Source: Gemmatimonadaceae bacterium (GTDB lineage: Bacteria; Gemmatimonadota; Gemmatimonadetes; Gemmatimonadales; Gemmatimonadaceae). From it: DNA of 28,272 nucleotides. This document shows positions 1 to 7,814 of the stretch, piece by piece; position 1 is the stretch's first letter, and every line of letters begins with the position of its first letter. The stretch spans positions 1 to 28,272 of the forward strand of contig JBBDYC010000003.1 in the NCBI GenBank assembly GCA_040901985.1, in the 5' to 3' direction. A model generated the notes under the pieces. It searched no databases. It saw nothing but the letters and a program-made list of their open reading frames with translations, and had not been told where the DNA came from. A program made the translations under genes and the position numbers.

Positions 1-14
1 AGGATGTCGCCGCT

Positions 15-302
15 TTGATCGGCTGGCCATCCTCCTTCCAGATGTACTACGGGACCGAGTTCCACTCCTATAAGAAGCTCGAGGCATTGGTGCCCACGAA
101 GTGCTACTTCGCGACACCCCACCACTCTTGGGAGCGCGGCAGCAACGAGAACGTGAATGGGCTCTTTCGGCAGTACGCGCCGAAGCGCACCTCGATGGAG
201 CACCTGACGCAGCGGGACTGCCAGCGTATCGCCGACAAACTCAACCGCCGGCCGCGCAAGCGACTCGGCTTCAGAACCCCGGAGGAAGTCTATGCCGCGT
301 AG
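15..302 (+). pseudogene. IS30-family DDE transposase, C-terminal fragment
   Basis: Motifs GTEF...YFATPHHSWERGSNENVNGLFRQYAPK...LNRRPRKRLGFRTPEE are typical of IS30 transposases; the expected DNG before TEF reads YYG, so the second catalytic Asp is absent. Confidence 0.8.
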
Positions 303-309
303 CGATCAG

Positions 310-335
310 TGTTGCGCTTCAAAGTTGACTTTACA
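310..335. repeat. IS30-type right terminal inverted repeat
   Basis: tgttgcgcttcaaagttgactttaca; reverse complement TGTAAAGTCAACTTTGAAGCGCAACA has the IS30 IR pattern TGTA..TCAA...CGCAACA. Confidence 0.8.
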
Positions 336-360
336 ACGCCGCTCGCGACCACGTGTCTAT

Positions 361-723
361 CTAGTCTGGGAACAGGTCCTGCAGTTCTGGAGGAATGTCA
401 TCCAAGGCGCCACGCCACGGCCCATTCGAGCGCGCGAGACGCTCGCGGTACGCCGCGTCCAGCGTCTCAAAGTCAAAGTCCAGTCCAGCGTCGTCCGGTA
501 CGCGCAAGCCATGGTGTAACCGTCGATGCACCCAATCCTTCTCGCCACGCGACAGATCCCGACCGAGCAGAAACTCAATGCGGTCAATTTCGTCGTGTGT
601 GCGCCGATGTTGCTCTTTAACGCGATCCGCGAATGCACGAAGCGCCGGCGAGTCGCGCCTTTGCATTTCGTCCATCAAGCGCGAAATCCGAGCTACAAGA
701 TCGTCCGATTCGTCAAGTGGCAG
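361..723 (-). CDS. Integron cassette 3 hypothetical protein (start uncertain: CTG at 723 with GGAG upstream, or TTG 678/ATG 675)
   Basis: ORF begins just after the attC1 crossover; frame is open from 723 (LPLDESDDLVARISRLMDEMQRR...); no recognisable family. Confidence 0.65.
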   Translation of the reverse strand: MPLDESDDLVARISRLMDEMQRRDSPALRAFADRVKEQHRRTHDEIDRIEFLLGRDLSRGEKDWVHRRLHHGLRVPDDAGLDFDFETLDAAYRERLARSNGPWRGALDDIPPELQDLFPD

Positions 724-739
724 GAACTGTCTCCGGTCG

Positions 740-873
740 TCCTAACGTGGGCTTGTGCTGTGGCCGTTCCAATGATTGCGGCGGCGGGGCCGCCGCGTCG
801 TCCCTGAAAATAGAGCGGTGGCCCCGCCGCCGCTTCCTTCGCCACGGCCATCAGTCACCAAGCGTCGTTAGAC
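740..873 (-). other. attC site 1 (134 bp)
   Basis: Minus strand R'' GTCTAAC-GACGC-L'' TTG[G]TG[A]CTG ... CAGCACAA-GCCCAC-R' GTTAGGA; two extrahelical bases; long internal GC stem (gcggcggcggggccgccgc / gcggtggccccgccgccgc). Confidence 0.93.
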
Positions 874-882
874 AGCCCCGAG

Positions 883-1359
883 CTAGGAAGCGAAGAGCCA
901 TGGCCGGATCAGTTCCACCTGGATCGCGTCGTTGTGCGGGTCGAAGAAGTCCTGGTAGGCGGTGCCGAGCGCAAGCACCCACTCTACGGTCTCTATGCTT
1001 CCCTCAAGTGCGTGGATTCGCTTCTCTTCGAGATCTGCTTGGAAGTGAAACACTGTGTGGCGGTATCGCTTCAGAGTTTCAACGTGATCCGCGGTGAGTA
1101 ACTCGTCAATCTTTGGGTCAGCGAGCTTCAACTCGCGCCACCCCTCAGTGAGCACGTGCAGGCTGGCGACCCAGTACGAAATGAAGGTGCCAGCCCGGAA
1201 GTAGTCGTGAGCCGCGTGCTCGATCCCAGCACGTCGCTCCGCGTAGTACGGAGCGGCCGCCTCACTCATCGTGCGAGAGTGTCGGTAGTACTTCCAAAGC
1301 GCAAGGAAACGGCGTGCCCGGCGCTGAACGTGTGGGGGCCAACTCGTTGGGATCGGCAC
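883..1359 (-). CDS. Integron cassette 2 protein with HEPN-like RxxxxH motif (putative RNase/defence protein)
   Basis: Fills the cassette between attC2 and attC1; helical-looking 158 aa with LKRYRHTVFH (R-H-T-V-F-H) preceded by SYWVASLHVLTEGW. Confidence 0.75.
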   Translation of the reverse strand: MPIPTSWPPHVQRRARRFLALWKYYRHSRTMSEAAAPYYAERRAGIEHAAHDYFRAGTFISYWVASLHVLTEGWRELKLADPKIDELLTADHVETLKRYRHTVFHFQADLEEKRIHALEGSIETVEWVLALGTAYQDFFDPHNDAIQVELIRPWLFAS

Positions 1360-1377
1360 TCGATCGTCTGTGGGTCT

Positions 1378-1474
1378 GTCTAACGTGGGCTTGTGCTGCG
1401 GACACTCTAATAGAATGCGGCGGCGAAGCCGCCGCCATCAATAGCGTGGCCGTCTGCACCAAGCATCGTTATGC
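1378..1474 (-). other. attC site 2 (97 bp)
   Basis: Minus strand R'' GCATAAC-GATGC-TTG[G]TGCAG[A]CGG ... CCGCAGCACAA-GCCCAC-R' GTTAGAC; internal hairpin gcggcggc-gaa-gccgccgc; higA stop TAA lies inside R''; 19 bp identical to attC1 (1380-1398 = 742-760). Confidence 0.93.
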
Positions 1475-1768
1475 AACGCGGGCGCGCCGCTTCGTCTTCA
1501 GCGTTACCGCGACGCCCAACCGGCTGAGCATGTCCACCAGCGTGTCGATGCTGAACAGCTCGATGCGTCCCCGGACCAGATCGCTGATGCGCGGCTGCGT
1601 GACCCCGAGGGCCTTGGCGGCCTGCTTCTGCGTAAGACCGCGCTCCGCGATGAGCCCGGTCAGCTGGATCATCAGATCCGTGCGGATGAGCAGGTGGGCC
1701 GCCTCCTCGCGGGGGAAGCCCATATCCCTGAAAACGTTGCCGGACGAGCGCTGCATACGAATGGCCAT
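1469..1768 (-). CDS. higA: HigA-family antitoxin (XRE/HTH)
   Basis: ATG at 1768 with AGGAGGG upstream; SSGNVFRDMGF N-terminal motif and HTH GLTQKQAAKALGVTQPRISDL; downstream of toxin. Confidence 0.9.
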   Translation of the reverse strand: MAIRMQRSSGNVFRDMGFPREEAAHLLIRTDLMIQLTGLIAERGLTQKQAAKALGVTQPRISDLVRGRIELFSIDTLVDMLSRLGVAVTLKTKRRARVA

Positions 1769-1772
1769 GGAA

Positions 1773-2108
1773 CTATCCCTCCTGACGCGCCCGGCGCACC
1801 GCCGCAAAGCGGGCGCGCGCGAGCGCAAGATCGAGTGGCGATGTCTTCTGCGACTTCTTCTGGAACACGTGCAAGACGTACACTGCCTCGGCGAACTTCG
1901 CCACGTACACGAGCCGGAAGGCACCGCCAGCCCGCACGCGAATTTCAGCCACTCCCGGGCCGATGGACGGCATCGGCTTCCAGTCGCGCGGCACGTGCCC
2001 CAGCTGCACCAGACGTAGGTCGAAGCCCAACTGCCGCTGGGCCTCGGGTGGGAGCGATTGAATGTCGGCGCGCGCCGACCCGACCCAAGTGAGGCTTTTC
2101 GCGGTCAC
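1773..2108 (-). CDS. higB: HigB/RelE-superfamily (Gp49-like) toxin
   Basis: DWKPMPSIGPGVAEIRV...FRLVYVAKFAEAVYVLHVFQKKSQKT; toxin-before-antitoxin order. Confidence 0.9.
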   Translation of the reverse strand: MTAKSLTWVGSARADIQSLPPEAQRQLGFDLRLVQLGHVPRDWKPMPSIGPGVAEIRVRAGGAFRLVYVAKFAEAVYVLHVFQKKSQKTSPLDLALARARFAAVRRARQEG

Positions 2109-2113
2109 GAGGA

Positions 2114-2142
2114 AGTATACAATATTTCGTATATATGCGCAA
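2114..2142 (-). promoter_or_regulatory. higBA sigma70 promoter with overlapping palindromic operator
   Basis: TTGCGC-17 bp-TATACT, 5 nt before the GTG start; inverted repeat TATAC-N8-GTATA at 2116-2133. Confidence 0.8.
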
Positions 2143-2177
2143 GGGCGACTCTCGGATCACACGGAGGTCGGGCGCTT

Positions 2178-2228
2178 GCATAACGTGGATTAGACAGCAT
2201 CTACTTGGGCCCACGAACTCACAGCCCT
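2178..2228 (-). other. attI site (crossover G/TT at 2184/2183)
   Basis: Minus strand TGTCTAATCCAC-GTTATGC; GTTATGCAA is the exact complement of the TA cassette's R'' region TTGCATAAC, which defines the cassette boundary; upstream DNA does not fold as an attC. Confidence 0.75.
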
Positions 2229-2233
2229 CGAAG

Positions 2234-2262
2234 AGTATCAACCCACCCCCGCGACCCCGCAA
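2234..2262 (-). promoter_or_regulatory. Putative cassette promoter Pc
   Basis: TTGCGG (2262-2257)-17 bp-GATACT (2239-2234), pointing at attI about 50 bp downstream. Confidence 0.65.
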
Positions 2263-2281
2263 CTCCCCGCCGCGCCCGTCG

Positions 2282-3304
2282 TTAGCCCTCCGGCCGCCGC
2301 CGACCCCTCCCCGCGTTATGCTGCAACGAACGCGAGGATTGCGGGGCGGGGTCGAGTGGACTCCGCACGCCAAGCCCCCCGCGGTTCAGGACGTGCGTGT
2401 AGATCATCGTCGTGCTCACGTCACGGTGGCCGAGTAGTTCCTGCACAGTGCGTATGTCATAGCCAGCTTCCAATAGGTGCGTCGCAAACGAGTGCCTAAA
2501 TGTGTGACAGGTCACCCGCTGCGTAATGCCCGCCGCCCGCGCGGCGTCGGTCACGGCGCGCTGAAGGACGGTCGGGTGAAGGTGGTGGCGCCTGATCGTC
2601 CCGGTCCCGCCTTCTACGTACCGGCGCGCCGCCGGAAAGACCCACTGCCACGCGAACTCAGTCGCCGCGGAGGGGAGCTTTCGGCCTAGGGCATCGGGGA
2701 GGACGACCGCCCCGCTCCCGGCCCGCAGGTCGCGCGCGTGCAGTCGCTTGACGCGCGCCAGCTGCGCGCGGAGGGCGGGCTCGAGGCTGGCGGGGAGCGT
2801 CGTTCGTCGGTCGTGGCCGCCCTTGCCCGCCCGGACCAAGACCTCCCCCCGCACGAGGTCCACGTCCTTCACCCGTAGCGAGCAGCATTCGTTGAGGCGA
2901 AGGCCGGCCCCGTAAAGCAGCGACGCCATCAGCCGGCATTGACCCTCCACCAGCGCCAGGACCTCGGCGACCTGCTCGTGGCTGAGGACCGTCGGGACGT
3001 GCCGAGTCCGCCTCGCCGGCTCGATCCCCTGCGGCGGGCCCATCGGGATCCCGAGGACTTCGCGATAGAGGAAAAGGATCGCGGCCATCGCCTGGTTCTG
3101 CGTTGACGCGCTCACCTGCGCGCGCGTGGCGAGATGGCTGAGAAACGCGCGGACGTGCGTCGCCTCGAGCTGCGTCGGATGCCGCGCGCCGTGGAACCGG
3201 ACGTAGCGCTTCACCCACGTGATGTAGGTGGCGATCGTGCGCGGGCTGTAGCGCCGCGTGCGCAGGATCTCGGTGACCTGGTCGAGCAGACGGGGCGGGG
3301 ACAC
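2282..3304 (-). CDS. intI: Integron integrase (tyrosine recombinase IntI)
   Basis: [53 protein letters not shown]; IntI-specific insertion [26 protein letters not shown]; catalytic R-H-R-H-Y intact. Confidence 0.97.
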   Translation of the reverse strand: MSPPRLLDQVTEILRTRRYSPRTIATYITWVKRYVRFHGARHPTQLEATHVRAFLSHLATRAQVSASTQNQAMAAILFLYREVLGIPMGPPQGIEPARRTRHVPTVLSHEQVAEVLALVEGQCRLMASLLYGAGLRLNECCSLRVKDVDLVRGEVLVRAGKGGHDRRTTLPASLEPALRAQLARVKRLHARDLRAGSGAVVLPDALGRKLPSAATEFAWQWVFPAARRYVEGGTGTIRRHHLHPTVLQRAVTDAARAAGITQRVTCHTFRHSFATHLLEAGYDIRTVQELLGHRDVSTTMIYTHVLNRGGLGVRSPLDPAPQSSRSLQHNAGRGRRRPEG

Positions 3305-3338
3305 GGGAAGAATTCCGCAGTCCGCGGCCCGCGGGCGG

Positions 3339-3689
3339 TCACCGAATCGTGTCTCCCGGCATCATCGCGTCCCCCGTCCTGACCGTGCCACTTGGCTCGA
3401 ACAGCACGACCTCGGCCCACTCCTCCACCACCGGCCGGTGCTCGACGCCGCGCGGGACGATGATGAACTCGCCCGCCCGGACCTCCACGCTTCGGTCGCG
3501 GAACTCCATCCGGAATCGCCCGCGATGCACGAGAAAGCACTCGTCCTCGGCGGTGTGCCGATGCCAGATGAACGCGCCGCGGAACTTCGCGGCCTTGACT
3601 TGCTGACCGTTCAGCTCGCCGATCACCACGGGCTGCCACGCGTCGGTGATCGCGGCAAAAACGGCGTCGAGCGTGACCTTGTCGATCAT
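3339..3689 (-). CDS. Cupin domain protein
   Basis: ATG at 3689 overlapping upstream stop (ATGA); [13 protein letters not shown] and [10 protein letters not shown] cupin motifs. Confidence 0.9.
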   Translation of the reverse strand: MIDKVTLDAVFAAITDAWQPVVIGELNGQQVKAAKFRGAFIWHRHTAEDECFLVHRGRFRMEFRDRSVEVRAGEFIIVPRGVEHRPVVEEWAEVVLFEPSGTVRTGDAMMPGDTIR

Positions 3690-4348
3690 CGGAAGCTCGG
3701 GGCGTGACGGGTCTGGACGTTCGCGCCGGCGAGCAGTGGCGCAAGGAAGGTCGCGATCAGACCGGACGGATTGGGAACTGCCGCGACCTCGGCGTGCGGA
3801 CCGGCGCTGGTCGGCGAAACTCCGTCGAGCAGTTCCCGATGCGTGATGATCCGCGGGCGCTCGGCTCCGGGCGCGTACACCACCACGCACTCCTCGTCGC
3901 GTCCCAGCGCGGTCGCATCGCCGACGAGGTCGAGCCCGAAGTGGGAGCCAAGGTCCACGCGCGTGCGCGCACCATCGGCCGTCGCGACCGTCGCCGAGAC
4001 GGGTGCATCGTCGAGCAGCACCCGGACCGGAAACTGCGCCAAGTCGTACGCCTTCATCGTGAAGACCGCACCGACACGCGCTCGCTCCAGTAGCGCAGTG
4101 ATCTCGCCCGGCGGCGCGCCGCTTGCCGGCGGTTCAATGATCACCGCGCCGCGCCCATCACTCGCCGCCAGCGCCACGAGCAGCTGCGGCGACGCCGGGA
4201 GCAGCAACGCCGAGCGCCGGCCCGCCAGCGCGCGCACCAGCGGCACACTCCGCTGGAGCAGCGTAAACCCGGCGGCCACCAACTTCGTGACGGCGATTCC
4301 GTCTATCGAACCACCAGCCGCCGCCACCCGGAGAGGAAAGAGGTCCAC
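3686..4348 (-). CDS. Short AMP-binding (acyl-CoA synthetase N-terminal)-like protein
   Basis: GTG at 4348; SALLLPASPQLLVALAASDGRGAV and EECVVVYAPGAERPRIITHRELL resemble a degenerate ANL-family N-domain/YTSG loop; 220 aa. Confidence 0.6.
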   Translation of the reverse strand: MDLFPLRVAAAGGSIDGIAVTKLVAAGFTLLQRSVPLVRALAGRRSALLLPASPQLLVALAASDGRGAVIIEPPASGAPPGEITALLERARVGAVFTMKAYDLAQFPVRVLLDDAPVSATVATADGARTRVDLGSHFGLDLVGDATALGRDEECVVVYAPGAERPRIITHRELLDGVSPTSAGPHAEVAAVPNPSGLIATFLAPLLAGANVQTRHAPSFR

Positions 4349-4498
4349 GTGCGCCGAGGAGAAGGGGAGAAGTGAGGGTGAGGGTGAGGAAGGGGATGAC
4401 GAGAAAATGGGCGAGGGAGAGGCGAGGCAACGCCGGAAACCTAGCCGCCCGCACGGGTCGTCCACCTCCCGGCTCCCATCCCGCATCTCCCCCCTCCC

Positions 4499-4504
4499 TA
4501 TATT
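4499..4504 (+). promoter_or_regulatory. -10 element of probable leaderless glmM transcript
   Basis: TATATT 6 nt before the ATG at 4511, no Shine-Dalgarno. Confidence 0.55.
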
Positions 4505-4510
4505 TCCCCG

Positions 4511-5950
4511 ATGCCCGACCCTCGCTTGATGATCTCCGTCTCCGGCATCCGTGGCCGCGTGGGCTTCGGGCTGACGCCGGAAGTCGTGGCACGCTACGCG
4601 GCGGCATTCGGGGCGTGGGCGGTTGGGCGCGCGGGAAGGCCCGGCACCTCGTCCGCGGCCAAGCCAGGCACCTCGTCCTCGGGGAACGCCGACCCCTCGC
4701 GCGCAGTCGTGCTCGGCCGCGATTCGCGCGTCACCGGGCCGCTCTTCCACACGGTCACCCGCGCGGCGCTCGAAAGCGTCGGTGCCGACGTCATTGACGT
4801 CGGCCTGACGACGACGCCGACACTCCAACTCGCGGTCGAGCATCACCACGCAGCGGGCGGGATCTGCATCACGGCAAGCCACAATCCAATCGAGTGGAAT
4901 GCGCTCAAGTTCATCGGGCCCGACGGCCTGTTCCTGAGCGCGGAGCTGGGCGCCGAGATGCGCGCGCTGGTCGAGGCGGGAATCCCGTACGCCACCTGGG
5001 ATGCGCTCGGCTCCACCCGATTCGACGGCGATGCGATTTCGCGGCACCTCGATGCCGTGTTGGCGTTGTCGGTCATAGATGTGGACGGAATCCGGTCGCG
5101 GACGTTCAAGGTCGCCTACGACGCCTGCCGCGGCGCGGGCGGGGCAATCATTCCCCGACTGCTCGAACTCCTCGGCTGTGAGGTGCACGCGATCGAGCTG
5201 GAGACGGATGGCCGCTTTCCCCGTCCGCCGGAGCCGATCGCCGAGAACCTCGCCGCGCTCGAGGAGCTGGTGAAGAAGACGGGCGCCGATGTCGGCTTTG
5301 CCACGGATCCGGACGTGGACCGGCTCGCCCTGGTCGCGAATGACGGCAAGGCGATCGGCGAGGACTACACGCTGGCGTTGGCGACACGTGTCGTGCTGCG
5401 ACACCGGAAGGGTCCGGTGGTCACGAACCTCTCGACGAGCCGGATCGTGGACGATATGGCGGCGGAGCACGGCGTCGCGGTGACGCGGGCGCCGGTGGGC
5501 GAGGTGCACGTCGCGCTCAGGATGCGCGAGGCACAGGCGGTCATCGGCGGCGAGGGAAATGGCGGGGTGATCCTCCCCGAACTCCACCTCGGCCGCGACG
5601 CGCCGCTCGCCGTGGCACTCGTCTTGCAGTTGTTGCACGAGGATGGGGAGAAGCTCACGAAGATCGTAAAGCGATTCCCTCGGTACGCAATCATCAAGGA
5701 GAAGCTGGATCGCCCCGACAAACCACTGACCGCGGTCTACGGGGCGCTGCGAAAGGCCTTCCCGGACGCCGTGGCGGACACGCAGGACGGCTTGCGACTG
5801 GCCTGGCCGGACCGCTGGGTGCATATCAGGCCATCCGGCACCGAACCAATCATCCGGGTCATCGCCGAGGCCCCAACCCGCGCCGACGCCGAGTCCCTGG
5901 TCGAGCGCGGCCGAAGCTTATTGAAGGAGCTGGCCACCTTTCACCTTTGA
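4511..5950 (+). CDS. glmM: Phosphoglucosamine mutase
   Basis: SVSGIRG, catalytic TASHNP, metal loop DPDVDR, GEGNGG, IRPSGTEP; directly upstream of glmS. Confidence 0.9.
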   Translation: MPDPRLMISVSGIRGRVGFGLTPEVVARYAAAFGAWAVGRAGRPGTSSAAKPGTSSSGNADPSRAVVLGRDSRVTGPLFHTVTRAALESVGADVIDVGLTTTPTLQLAVEHHHAAGGICITASHNPIEWNALKFIGPDGLFLSAELGAEMRALVEAGIPYATWDALGSTRFDGDAISRHLDAVLALSVIDVDGIRSRTFKVAYDACRGAGGAIIPRLLELLGCEVHAIELETDGRFPRPPEPIAENLAALEELVKKTGADVGFATDPDVDRLALVANDGKAIGEDYTLALATRVVLRHRKGPVVTNLSTSRIVDDMAAEHGVAVTRAPVGEVHVALRMREAQAVIGGEGNGGVILPELHLGRDAPLAVALVLQLLHEDGEKLTKIVKRFPRYAIIKEKLDRPDKPLTAVYGALRKAFPDAVADTQDGLRLAWPDRWVHIRPSGTEPIIRVIAEAPTRADAESLVERGRSLLKELATFHL

Positions 5951-5966
5951 CCTCTCACCTGACGTT

Positions 5967-7793
<1,827 letters not shown>

Positions 7794-7814
7794 GCGCGGC
7801 GAGCTACGGGGAGA

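Larger units (their letters stand above)
1..335 (+). mobile_element. IS30-family insertion sequence, right end (partial; left part outside window or deleted)
   Basis: IS30-type transposase C-terminus followed by a 26-bp terminal IR ending at 335; sits 25 bp beyond the stop of the last visible integron cassette gene. Confidence 0.85.

Noticed and set aside
325..353. Hybrid promoter from the IS30 outward -35 (TTGACT)
   Set aside because: No -10 hexamer at 16-18 bp spacing in the flanking DNA.
742..1398. 19-bp exact repeat as a possible CRISPR repeat
   Set aside because: Copies are about 640 bp apart, flank whole genes and form attC arms; no cas genes in the window.
1769..1924. N-terminal extension of higA in the ORF track (1469..1924)
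   Set aside because: Overlaps higB out of frame; the SD-preceded ATG at 1768 gives a normal-size antitoxin.
2282..4450. intI itself being a mobile cassette (stop within an R''-like box)
   Set aside because: No matching GTTAGCC-type cassette start found upstream of intI, and the downstream site lacks complementary L boxes.
4349..5824. 712-aa minus-strand ORF 3686..5824
   Set aside because: The upstream portion is the antisense shadow of glmM; only 3686..4348 looks protein-like.
5951..5966. glmS ribozyme
   Set aside because: Only 16 bp separate glmM and glmS, so there is no room.
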